Positions 14,201 to 27,559 of a stretch of DNA of 64,000 nt are shown here, one piece after another. Position numbers and translations under genes: made by a program. Below the pieces are notes generated by a model that saw nothing but the letters and a program-made list of their open reading frames with translations, did not search any database and was not told the origin of the DNA. Each line of letters starts with the position of its first letter. Positions within the stretch are counted from its first letter, which is position 1. The stretch is from Eledone cirrhosa (taxonomy: Eukaryota): assembly GCA_964016885.1 (NCBI GenBank), contig OZ024740.1, positions 150,102,001 to 150,166,000 on the forward strand. Direction: 5' to 3'.

Positions 14201-17200
14201 CGATAAAATTAACTGGCTATAGCTGGACTCTGGAGATTAATACAAGTATAAATTAGCGACAATCGAATTTCAGCTCAGGAATTAACGAAAAACACTTCCG
14301 AGTTGTGTGGCAAGCGCTCGATAATTCATATGGATTAGAGATACAACATACGTTAAAGGCCAAACACACTGAGATGGTGGTTAAACTAATCATCCGCACA
14401 GCGAAAAAACGATCAAGTAATTCGGGGCAAGCAGATATAAAAATATAAAAATATATAAAAGTTTATATGGTTGAAAATTTACCCGGACCCCTGGAGACAT
14501 GGTAAAATCCAGTATTTGGGTTTCTGCGGCTCCATAATTCATTTACTGTCCGCTTACATAAAGGATGTTAGACTTCTGGCAAGATGACTGATCAAGGAAG
14601 TCGCGTTGTCAACGGGATTTAGGTCAATAGTATATATAAGTGTGTCTGTTACTGACCCCACGTGGAGTTCAGAAAGGGAGGCAACACTTATATTAGGCGA
14701 ATGAATTCAGTTGTGTATAATATTGCGAAAATGCAAAATATCACAAATCGAATAAAGCTCTCGACAGAGTGGTTAAATATAACAAAGCTATTCAACAGTC
14801 AATAGAATAAACCAAAAAAAATCGATAAAATTAACTGGCCAATAGGTGGACTCTGGAGAATAATACAAATATAAATTAGCGAGACTCGAATTTCAGCTCA
14901 GGAATTAACGAAAAGCACATCCGAGTTGTGTGGCAAGCGCTCGATAATTCATATGAATTAGAGATACAACATACGTTAAAGGCCAAACACACTGAGATGG
15001 TGGTTAAACTAATCATCCGCACAGCGACAGAACGATCAAGTAATTCGGATCAAGCAGATATAAAAATATAAAAATATATAAAAATATATATGGTTGAAAA
15101 TTTACCCGGACCCCTGGAGAGATGGTAAAATCCAGTATTGGGGTTTTTGCGGCTTGATAAGTCATTTACTGTCCGCTTACATAAAGGATGTCAGGCTTCT
15201 GGCAAGATGACTGATCAAGGAAGTCACGTTGTCAACGGGATTTAGCTTAGTAGTATATATAAGTTTGTCTGTTACTGACCCCACGTGGGGTTGAGAAAGG
15301 GAGGCAACACTTATATTAGGCGAATGAATTCAGTTGTGTATAATATTGCGAAAATGCAAAATATCACAAATCGAATAAAGCTCTCGACAGAGTGGTTAAA
15401 TATAACAAAGCTATTCAACTGTCAATAGAATAAACCAAAAAAAATCGATAAAATTAACTGGCCATAGCTGGACTCTGAAGATTAATACAAGTATAAATTA
15501 GTGAGAATCGAATTTCAGCTAGGGAATTAACGAAAAACACTTCCGAGTTGTGTGGCAAGCGCTCGATAATTCATATGAATTAGAGCTACAAAATACGTTA
15601 AAAGCCAAACGCCCTGAGATGGTGGTTAAACTAATCATCCTCACAGCGAAAAAACGATCAATTCGGGAAAAGCAGATATAAAAATATAAAAATATATATG
15701 ATTGAAAATTTACCCGGACATCTGGAGAGATGGTAAAATCCAGTATTTGGGTTTCTGCGGCTCCATAAGTCATTTACTGTCCGCTTACATAAAGGATGTT
15801 AGTCTTCTGGCAAGATGACTGATCAAGGAAGTCGCGTTGTCAATGGGATTTAGCTCAATAGTATATATATAAGTTTGTCTGTTACTGACCCCACGTGGGG
15901 TTGAGAAAGGGAGGCAACACTTATATTAGGCGAATGAATTCAGTTGTGTATAATATTGCGAAAATGCAAAATATCACAAATCGAATAAAGCTCTCGACAG
16001 AGTGGTTAAATATAACAAAGCTAGTCAACAGTCAATAGAATAAACCAAAAAAAATCGATAAAATTAACTGGCCATAGTTGGACTCTGAAGATTAATACAA
16101 TTATAAATTAGCGAGAATCGAATTCCAGCTCAGGAATTAACGAAAAACACTTCCGAGTTGTGTGGCAAGCGCTCGATAATTCATATGAATTAGAGCTACA
16201 AAATACGTTAAAAACCAAACGCCCTGAGATGGTGGTTAAACTAATCATCCTCACAGCGAAAAAACGATCAATTCGGGAAAAGCAGATATAAAAATATAAA
16301 AATATATATGATTGAAAATTTAGCCGGACCCCTGGAGAGATGGTAAAATCCAGTATTTGGGTTTCTGCGGCTCCATAAATCATTTACTGTCCGCTTACAT
16401 AAAGGATGTTAGTCTTCTGGCAAGATGACTGATCAAGGAAGTCGCGTTGTCAATGGGATTTAGCTCAATAGTATATATATAAGTTTGTCTGTTACTGACC
16501 CCACGTGGGGTTGAGAAAGGGAGGCAACACTTATATTAGGCGAATGAATTCAGTTGTGTATAATATTGCGAAAATGCAAAATATCACAAATCGAATAAAG
16601 CTCTCGACAGAGTGGTTAAATATAACAAAGCTATTCAACAGTCAATAGAATAAACCCAAAAAATCGACAAAATTAACTGGCCAATAGGTGGACTCTGGAG
16701 ATTAATACTAGTATAAATTAGCGACAATCGAATTTCAGCTCATGAATTAACGAAAAACACTTCCGAGTTGTGTGGCAAGCGCTCGATAATTCATATGAAT
16801 TAGAGCTACAACATACGTTAAAGGCCAAACACACTGAGATGGTGGTTAAACTAATCATCCGCACAGCGACAAAACGATCAAGTAATTCGTGTCAAGCAGA
16901 TATAAAAATATATAAAAATATATATGGTTGAAAATTTACCCGGTCCCCTGGAGAGATGGTAAAATCCAGTATTGGGGTTTCTGCGGCACCATAAGTCATT
17001 TACTGTCCGCTTACATAAAGGATGTTAGGCTTCTGGCAAGATGACTGAACAAGGAAGTCGCGTTGTCAACGGGATTTAGTTCAATAGTATATATAAGTTT
17101 GTCTGTTACTGACCCCACGTGAAGTTCAGCAAGGGAGGTAACACTTATATTAGGCGAATGAATTCAGTTGTGTATAAGATTGCGAAAATGCAAAATATCA

Positions 17201-20200
17201 CAAATCGAATAAAGCACTCGTCAGAGTGGTTAAATATGACAAAGCTATTCAACAGTCAATAGAATAAATAAAAAAAAATCAATAAAATTAACTGGCCAAT
17301 AGGTGGACTCTGGAGATTAATACAAGTATAAATTAGCGACAATCGAATTTCAGCCTAGGAATTAACGAAAAACACTTCAGAGTTGTGTGGCAAGCGCTCG
17401 ATAATTCATATGAATTAGAGCTATAAGATACGTTAAAAGCCAAACACACTGAGATGGTGGTTAAACTAATCATCCGCACAGCGAAAAAACGATCAAGTAA
17501 TTCGGGTCAAGCAGATATAAAAATATAAAAATATATAAAAATATATATGATTGAAAATTTACCCAGACCCCTGGAGAGATGGTAAAATCCAGTATTTGGG
17601 TTTCTGCGGCTCCATAAGTCATTTACTGTCCGCTTACATAAAGGATGTTAGTCTTCTGGCAAGATGACTGAACAAGGAAGTCGCGTTGTCAACGCGATTT
17701 AGCTCAATAATATATATAAGTTTTCTGTTACTGACCCCACGTGGAGTTCAGCAAGGGAGGCAACACTTATATTAGGCGAATGAATTCAGTTGTGTATAAT
17801 ATTGCGAAAATGCAAAATATCACAAATCGAATAAAGCTCTCGACAGAGTGGTTAAATATAACAAAGCTATTCAACAGTCAATAGAATAAACCAAAAAAAT
17901 CGATAAAATTAACTGGCCAATAGGTGGACTCTGGAGATTAATACAAATATAAATTAGCGAGAATCGAATTTCAGCTCAGGAATTAACGACAAACACTTCC
18001 GAGTTGTGTGGCAAGCGCTCGATAATTCATATGAATTAGAGATACAACATACGTTAAAGTCCAAACACACTGAGATGGTGGTTAAACTAATCATCCGCAC
18101 GGCGAAAAAACGATCAAGTAATTCGGGTCAAGCAGATATAAAAATATAAAAATATATAAAAATATATATGGTTGAAAATTTACCCGGACCCCTGGAGAGA
18201 TGTTAAAATCCAGTATTTGGGTTTCTGCGGCTCCATAAGTCATTTACTGTCCGCTTACATAAAGGATGTTAGTCTTCTTTGCAAGATGACTGATCAAGGA
18301 AGTCGCGTTGTCAACGGGATTTAGCTCAATAGTATATATAAGTGTGTCTGTTACTGACCCCAGTGGGGTTCAGAAAGGGAGGCAACACTTATATTAGGCG
18401 AATGAATTCAGTTGTGTATAATATTGCGAAAATGCAAAATATCACAAATCGAAAAGAGCTCTCGACAGAGTGGTTAAATATAACAAAGCTATTCAACAGT
18501 TAATAGAATAAACCAAAAAAAATCGATAAAATTAACTGGCCAATAGGTGGACTCTGGAGATTAATACAAATATAAATTAGCGAGAATCGAATTTCAGCTC
18601 AGGAATTAACGAAAAACACATCCGAGTTGTGTGGCAAGCGCTCGATAATTCATATGAATTAGAGATACAACATACGTTAAAGGCCAAATACACTGAGATG
18701 GTGGTTAAACTAATCATCCTCACAGCGAAAAAACGATCAAGTAATTCGGGTCAAGCAGATATAAAAATATATAAAAATATATATGGTTGAAAATTTACCC
18801 GGACCCCTGGAGAGATGGTAAAATGTAGTATTTTGGTTTCTGCGGCTCCATAAGTCAATTACTCTCCGCTTACATAAAGGATGTTAGGCTTCTGGCAAGA
18901 TGACTGAACAAGAAAGTCGTGTTGTCAACGGGATTTAGCTCAATTGTATATATAAGTTTGTCTGTTACTGACCCCACGTGGAGTTCAGCAAGGGAGGCAA
19001 CACTTATATTAGGCGAATGAATTCAGTTGTGTATAATATTGCGAAAATGCAAAATATCACAAATCGAATAAAGCACTCGTCAGAGTGGTTAAATATAACA
19101 AAGCTATTCAACAGTCAATAGAATAAAGCAAATTAAATCGACAAAATTAACTGGCCAATAGGTGGACTCTGGAGATTAATACAAGTATAAATTAGCGACA
19201 ATCGAATTTCAGCCTAGGAATTAACGAAAAACACTTCAGAGTTGTGTGGCAAGCGCTCGATAATTCATATGAATTAGAGCTATAAGATACGTTAAAAGCC
19301 AAACACACTGAGATGGTGGTTAAACTAATCATCCGCACAGCGAAAAAACGATCAAGTAATTCGGGTCAAGCAGATATAAAAATATAAAAATATATAAAAA
19401 TATATATGATTGAAAATTTACCCGGACCCCTGGAGAGATGGTAAAATCCAGTATTTCGGTTTCTGCGGCTCCATAAGTCATTTACTGTCCGCTTACATAA
19501 AGGATGTTAGTCTTCTGGCAAGATGACTGAACAAGGAAGTCGCGTTGTCAACGCGATTTAGCTCAATAATATATATAAGTTTGTCGGTTACTGACCCCAC
19601 GTGGAGTTCAGCAAGGGAGGCAACACTTATATTAGGCGAATGAATTCAGTTGTGTATAATATTGCAAAAATGCAAAGTATCACAAATCCAATAAAGCTCT
19701 CGACAGAGTGGTTAAATATCACAAAGCTATTCAACAGTCAATAGAATAAACCAAAAAAAATCGATAAAATTAACTGGCCAATAGCTGGACTCTGGAGATT
19801 AATATAAATATAAATTAGCGAGAATCGAATTTCAGCTCAGGAATTAACGAAAAAGACTTCCGAGTTGTGTGGCAAACGCTCGATAATTCATATGAATTAG
19901 AGATACAACATACCTTAAAGGCCAAACACACTGAGATCGTGATTAAACTAATCATCCGCACAGCGATAAAACGATTAAGTAATTCGGGTCAAGCAGATAT
20001 AAAAATATAAAAATATATAAAAATATATATGGCTGAAAATTTACCCGGACCCCTGGAGAGATGGTAAAATCCAGTATTTGGGTTTCTGCGGCTCCATAAG
20101 TCATTTACTGTCCGCTTACATAAAGGATGTTAGGCTTCTGGCAAGATGACTGATCAAGGAAGTCGCGTTGTCAACGGGATTTAGCTCAATAGTATATATA

Positions 20201-22487
20201 AGTTTGTCTGTTACTGACCCCACGTGGAGTTCAGCAAGGGAGGCAACACTTATATTAGGCGAATGAATTCAGTTGTGTATAATATTGCGAAAATGCAAAA
20301 TATCACAAATCGAATAAAGCTCTCGACAGAGTGGTTAAATATAACAAAGCTATTCAACAGTCAATAGAATAAACCAAAAAAAATCGATAAAATTAACTGG
20401 CCATAGCTGGACTCTGGAGATTAATACAAGTATAAATTAGCGACAATCGAATTTCAGCTCAGGAATTAACGAAAAACACTTCCGAGTTGTGTGGCAAGCG
20501 CTCGATAATTCATATGAATTAGACCTACAAAATACGTTAAAAGCCAAATGGCTTGAGATGGTGGTTAAACTAATCATCCGCACCGCGAAAAAATGTTCAA
20601 TTCGGGTCAAGCAGATATAAAAATATGAAAATATATATGATTGAAAATTTATCCGGACCCCTGGAGAGATGTTAAAATCCAGTATTTGGGTTTCTGCGGC
20701 TCCATAAGTCATTTACTGTCCGCTTACATAAAGGATATTAGTCTTCTGGCAAGATGACTGATCAAGGAAGTCGCGTTGTCAACGGGATTTAGCTCAATAG
20801 TATATATAAGTGTGTCTGTTACTGACCCCATGTGGAGTTCAGTAAGGGAGGCAACACTTATATTAGGCGAATGAATTCAGTTGTGTATAATATTGCGAAA
20901 ATGCAAAATATCATAAATCGAATAAAGCTCTCGTCAGAGTGGTTAAATATAACAAAGCTATTCAACAGTCAATAGAATAAACCAAAAAAAATCGATAAAA
21001 TTAACTGGCCATAGCTGGACTCTGGAGATTGATACAAGTATAAATTAGCGACAATCGAATTTCAGCTCAGGAATTAACGAAAAACACTTCCGAGTTGTGT
21101 GGCAAGCGCTCGATAATTCATATGAATTAGAGCTACAAGATACGTTAAAAGCCAAACACACTGAGATCGTGATTAAACTAATCATCCGCACAGCGATAAA
21201 ACGATTAAGTAATTCGGGTCAAGCAGATATAAAAATATAAAAATATATAAAAATATATATGATTGAAAATTTACCCGGACCCCGGGAGAGATGGTAAAAT
21301 CCAGTATTTGGGTTTCTGCGGCTCCATAAGTCATTTACTGTCCGCTTACATAAAGGATGTTAGTCTTCTGGCAAGATGACTGAACAAGGAAGTCGCGTTG
21401 TCAACGGGATTTAGCTCAATAGTATATATAGGTTTGTCTGTTACTGATCCCACGTTGAGTTCAGCAAGGGAGGCAACACTTATATTAGGCGAATGAATTC
21501 AGTTGTGTATAATATTGCGATAATGCAAAATACCACAAATCGAAAAAAGCTCTCGACAGAGTGGTTAAATATAACAAAGCTATTCAACAGTCAATAGAAT
21601 AAACCAAACAAAAATCGATAAAATTAACTGGCCAATAGTTGCACTCTGGAGATTAATACAAGTATAAATTAGCGAGATCGAATTTCAGCTCAGGAATTAA
21701 CGAAAAAGACTTCCGAGTTGTGTGGCAAGCGCTCGATAATTCATATGAATTAGAGATACAACATACGTTAAAGGCCAAACACACTGAGATGGTGGTTAAA
21801 CTAATCATCCGCACAGCGAAAAAACGATCAAGTAATTCGGGTCAAGCAGATATAAAAATATAAAAATATATGATTGAAAATTTACCCGGACTCCTGGAGA
21901 GATTGTAAAATCATGTATTTGGGTTTCTGCGGCTCCATAAGTCATTTACTGTCCGCTTACATAAAGGATGTTAGGCTTATGGCAAGATGACTGAACAAGG
22001 AAGTCGCGTTGTCAACAGGATTTAGCTCAATAGTATATATAAGTTTGTCTGTTACTGACTCAACGTGGAGTTCAGCAAGGGAGGCAAAACTTATATTAGG
22101 CGAATGAATTCAGTTGTGTATAATATTGCGAAAATGCAAAATGTCACAAATCGAATAAAGCTCTCTCGAGAGTGTTTAAATATAACAAAGCTATTCAATA
22201 GTCAATAGAATAAACCAAAAAAAATCGATAAAATTAACTGGCCAATAATTGGACACTGGAGATTAATACAAGTATAAATTAGCGAGAATCGAATTTAAGT
22301 TCAGGAATTAACGAAAAACACTTCCGAGTGGTGTGGCAAGCGCTCGATAATTCATATGAATTAGAGCTACAACATACGTTAAAGGCCAAACACACTGAGA
22401 TGGTGGTTAAACTAATCATCCGCACGGCGAAAAAACGATCAACTAATTCGGGTCAAGCAGATATAAAAATATAAAAATATATATGAT
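2270..22487. repeat. Satellite array, ~620-bp monomer, 32 full copies plus 1 partial
   Basis: AAGTTTGTCTGTTACTGACCCCAC recurs at ~2270, 2894, 3502, 4134, 4755, 5378 ... 21430, 22041 (spacing 608-632). There are two monomer subtypes: short (AAACGCCCTGAG / TCAATTCGGGAAAAGC) and long (AAACACACTGAG / TCAAGTAATTCGG). Confidence 0.98.
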
Positions 22488-23687
22488 ATTTTTAGTAGCA
22501 GTACATTGAACTGTCCACCTAGCCTTTGCTTTTGCACACGGTACCAGGCAGAATTGTTTCATCTCTCATTCACTCTCATTCGGGAACAATTGTGTGTGGC
22601 GCCAGTTTGTGTTTTGAACTCGAGAATTTTATATTTTGCGAGTGTGAAAAGCCCTCTGACGACGATCTCTTTCTCAATAGTATTCCGCTTGGATTATCTG
22701 TTTTCATTTTAAATAAAAAATCTGAGGCAATTTCGGCTTGTAAACATAAAAGCTAAGTATATGTTATGTTAATACCATTACTTATTCGTATAGGTAAGTA
22801 TATATTACCTGTATGTTTTGTGAAGTACGTATACTTTCTTGTACGTATATTTGCTTGTATATGTTATTGTCGTATATATTATATATATACTGGTACATGT
22901 GCATTTGGTTATGTGTATACGTGAGTTTTGCGCCTGTGTGAGTATGCTGGTTCGTACGTATGTAGGGTGTGTGTATATGTATACTTTGTGTTTTGGTTGA
23001 CGTACGTCCGCGAACATATGTGTATTTACATGTAGGTGTGTGTGTACGCGCGTTATATACGTATTTATGTGTGTATATTTATATACGTTTATTTAATTAT
23101 GTATACATGCACACACACACACATGTATATGTATATATGTTTTTATATATATTTTTATGTGTATTTGGTGTATACGTTCGTATGTGTACGGGTACAGGAG
23201 GTGCGTGGCTTCTGTATGTGCGTGCGTGGTTTTGGGGGGTTTTTTTGTGTACGTGCTTGTATTTGCATACCCATAGCGAGTGTTTTCGCGTATGCTTGTG
23301 TATGTGCGTATATGGATGCGTGTATGTATATATTTAATCTCAATTACCTCTGCATTTTATTTACTTTATTCTTAACTCTGAAGCCGAGAATCATTCGGTT
23401 TCCTAAATAGAATTTTAGTCTACGACCCCAGTTATACCATTTATATGGTTTTGTCTTTGCCTGTAATTGTTTTCAACGCACCAAATAATGACGTAATATC
23501 TTCGTTTTTTTCGGTTCTTTGCCAGGGAACGTTTCCACGAACCAAAGTATCGTCTTCCTGTCTTCCTTCAGTTGCAACGTTTTTTTTTAAATATTTACTT
23601 CTGCGTTCACAGATTGACTTTTTTAGTTTCAGAAGATCCCGTTAAGCGTGAAAGCAGCGATTCTTTGCTTAAATTTGTGTTGTGGTG

Positions 23688-24150
<463 letters not shown>

Positions 24151-24954
24151 ATGCAATTGATCAACTCAAGATTCTATAACGCATGCACTGCATGCGTTGC
24201 ATGCACGCACCCTTCGCCCCTGATCTACAGATACATACACATAATGTGTGTGAGTGTATATGAGAGTGTAGACGTCACATTTTCTATGTGTATGTGTCTG
24301 TCTTAGTATATGTCTGTGAATGTATGTTAGATTGTGTGTGGGGATGTATGTGAGAGTGTATGTGTGTTGACAGACATAACGATATTTTCTTTAGTCAACT
24401 ATAGTAAACCACCACCACCACGACAACGTCACATTTTGTATATGAGTGTGCACACGACAATTAAACACACACACATCTACACATACAGATACAAATGTGA
24501 TGACAGACAGGTGTGCGTGAATGTATGTCTGTGAGTGTGTCTGTCTCAGTATATGTGTATGTGAGAGTGTATGTGTGTGTGAGTGTATGTGTGTGAGTGT
24601 GTGTGTTTGAGTGTATGCGTGTGTGAGTGTACGTGTGATAATTTTTATTTTCATTTGGATTAAAACAATAGGACGTCACATTCTGTATATGAATATGCAT
24701 GTGTCAGTGAGTGTGTGTGTGTTTGCGCATCCATTAGGTACGTTATTAAATACTCACATCTACACATACATGGATTGCACAATGATTATTGTTTACCCTA
24801 AAGTGCTTCAAGATTGACAGATTTTCATTTCTAAATTCTATTATCATTACAATTTAGATTTTAAAAAAATAAAATATAGATATTTTGAAATAATCATGAG
24901 AAAAAACATATCTTCATATTTATTGTTTACTAATCTGAATAAAAACAGCAGTAA

Positions 24955-24982
24955 CCCGGGCAACGCCGGGTAATTCAGCTAG
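24955..24982 (+). mobile_element. Helitron 3' terminus (non-autonomous element; 5' end not located)
   Basis: GC-rich hairpin CCCGGGCAACGCCGGG, then TAATTCAG, then CTAG followed by T. This is the canonical Helitron hairpin + CTRR/T end. Confidence 0.7.
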
Positions 24983-25127
24983 TCATTAATAATCGTAAAA
25001 CTAAAATTCTATTTTTATTCTCTTGTTAAGAAATGATTCAGCTGTTGCACATTTTCAAGTATTTAAATCATCATCATCATCATCGATTAACGACTATCTT
25101 CCACGCTGACATAAATTCATTATTTTG

Positions 25128-25311
25128 TGGATTGGCAGTATCGGTAGAGGGTCGGACGCCAAGCTTTCCAGCATAGTTACGTCCCTTTACGATCTGAGTT
25201 CAAATCCCGCAGAGGTTGACTATGCCGTTCATCCTTACGGGGTCGATAAAATAAAGTACCAGTAATGCACTGGGTAATTGCTGTCCTTGTGCCTAAAGTA
25301 GAAACAATTAT
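25128..25311 (+). mobile_element. tRNA-derived SINE
   Basis: A-box-like TGGCAGTATCGGTAG, B-box GAGTTCAAATC, central TTCATCCTTACGGGGTCGATAAAATAAAGTACCAG and tail GTAGAAACAATTATT. The same family recurs about ten times in the window. Confidence 0.85.
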
Positions 25312-25375
25312 TTTCTGAATTCTAACGCCAGTATCATTCAACTTGAGATATCTGGTCGGTAAGACGCAAGAAATC

Positions 25376-25569
25376 ATGATGAACTTCATCAACGTCTCTT
25401 TCATAGCATTGGTCGTGTCGTTGCTGTTTATTTCCGAACTTAGCACTCAGCTCTGCGAAACGGGTTGCCCTGATTTGCCTGAAAACTGTGAAAAAGTCCA
25501 ATCGAGATGTGTTGATTGTGAGTCCTGTGCCCTTTTCGAAAACGAAGAATGTAATTCAAACACAGCAAG
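25376..25569 (+). CDS. Secreted single IGFBP-N (IB) domain peptide, exon 1
   Basis: ATG, hydrophobic signal peptide (MMNFINVSFIALVVSLLFISELST), then CETGCPDLPENCEKVQSRCVDCESCALFENEECNSNTA, which matches the IB-domain CxxCAxxExExC spacing. Strong donor AG|GTAAGC at 25570 (phase 2). Confidence 0.75.
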
Positions 25570-25798
25570 GTAAGCAAAAGTATTCACATACATTTAATTG
25601 GTGGAAACAAAATGCAGGTTCTTCGAAGGAATTTTGCAAGATGAAATGAGATCGCTTTCGGATTCGCAGGAGGTGACTCGTCACAAAATTGATAATTTAA
25701 GTTGATTTCTTATTGCTGCTTTTTTTTTTCTCAAAAAAGATAATGTTATATGATATTTTGAAATTGTAGCTTTTCCTTTTTTATAAAAGATAGATTAT

Positions 25799-25850
<52 letters not shown>

Positions 25851-25889
25851 TGTGCGCGTGTGCGCGTGCGTGCGTGTGTGTGTGTGTGT

Positions 25890-25981
<92 letters not shown>
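25799..25981. repeat. (TG)n microsatellite
   Basis: Direct dinucleotide run with a short (GC) interruption. Confidence 0.97.
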
Positions 25982-25984
<3 letters not shown>

Positions 25985-27559
25985 AATCTCTCCACACATA
26001 CTGACCCCCAAACGACATGAGGTGTTTTTTCTTTATCTCGTGTTGGTGACAGTAGTCTGGAGAAATTTTACTAACTTCGGGTTAAATGAGATAAGATTTT
26101 CTTGAAGCCATTTTGCTCTCGTTTCTCTGAAGAGTTTCTCGTTTCACTTCCAGTTGCTCAAGAAGTAGAGATGTAGTTCTTAGCCAACCACTCCAACTCT
26201 ACCGACAGATTTGGCTACCTCGATAAAGATTAGTTCAATGCATCTGGTCAGACGGCTACTGCCTTCATGCAAACCAACAACAAAAATATAATACACAATT
26301 CACTTGGTTCTTTGTTGTTTTCCTGTTTTATCAACAATATCTTCGACGTAAATTATTTCTTAATAACATTCTTAAATTAATGATTTTTGTTATTGTTCAT
26401 CAGATATTGTTAACGACAGCTTTACTTTCAACCTTCAACTTTCAACTACTGACTATGGCAACGAGTGCAGTCACACACCGCGACTTACTGAGACACATAC
26501 ACTCAATTAATTTGCCATAAGTCAGAAATTTCATACCAGCGCTTTATATGGAACAAGTCACATGATAACCTGTAGCGAAATCTGTCCGCGCCTTGAACTT
26601 TGGGTGATACCTAAAGGTTAAATTCTAGGCCAACACCTTTTTGGTGTAGACAAGTTGATGTGTTGACTATCCCCTCAAGGTGAGGGACAGGAAGCGACAG
26701 GTATATAAAGCCTGTGCTATCATCCCACTCAAGGAGAAACATCGGAGCATTACACCTATAACTAACTATGTAAGGATTCACTGCTATAAATAGGCCCCAG
26801 TGGTCTACAGCCAGAGACATCGGAGCATTACGCTACCAACTAACTATGTACGGATTCACTGCTATCAACAGACCCCAGTGGTCTACAGAAATACCCAGAG
26901 CGATTGGAACCCTACTCCTACTGACCATGTACAAGCCACAGTGGTCTACAACTAATTACAGACCATTCAGAGATATACAAACCATATCTCTCTCTCTCTT
27001 ACTAACTACGGTCTCACAACTACTACCATGGACTCCAAATTCCAACAACAACAATTATCTGTCGCTCGCTGTTTTCACTCCAACAACAACAATTATCTGT
27101 CACTCGCTGTTTTCACACCAACAACAACAACAGACTACAACAGCCTCACATCAGCAGCAATAACTACATTAACAACTCTTGGTAACCGTTTTATATGTAC
27201 TTTTTAATTGATTCACGTGAAGTAAACTATATATAACCAAATCACTTATTCTTTATATTCTTCATATTCTCGTTATTACATTTCTTCTTCTTATAGTTAT
27301 TTCATCTAACAACTTTGTTATTGTCATATCTAAACAACCATGCTAATCCATTTAACAATAACTATTTCTTATTTCATGTTTAACCCTTCGTTAAAAGCCC
27401 ATCAAGCCAACAACAAATTGCTATTACAACCTCTGCTACTCCACAATGAATATCAACCGCCGAATAACGGAGAAATAACAATTCTCACCATCAACAACAA
27501 AAACAATTTAAAATCCACATCGCTGCACATACAGGAAATCAACACCGCTATATATATGT

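Noticed and set aside
3131-20712. Nine near-identical 84-91-aa ORFs (MxYGAAETQILDF...) resembling a tandem gene family
   Set aside because: They are open only in the short satellite subtype, use non-ATG starts, and are frameshifted in most monomers. They are a by-product of the repeat.
2270-22487. Array as a CRISPR, rDNA/5S, snRNA or histone cluster
   Set aside because: No unique spacers and no recognisable 5S, U1/U2/U4/U5/U6, tRNA or histone sequence on either strand.
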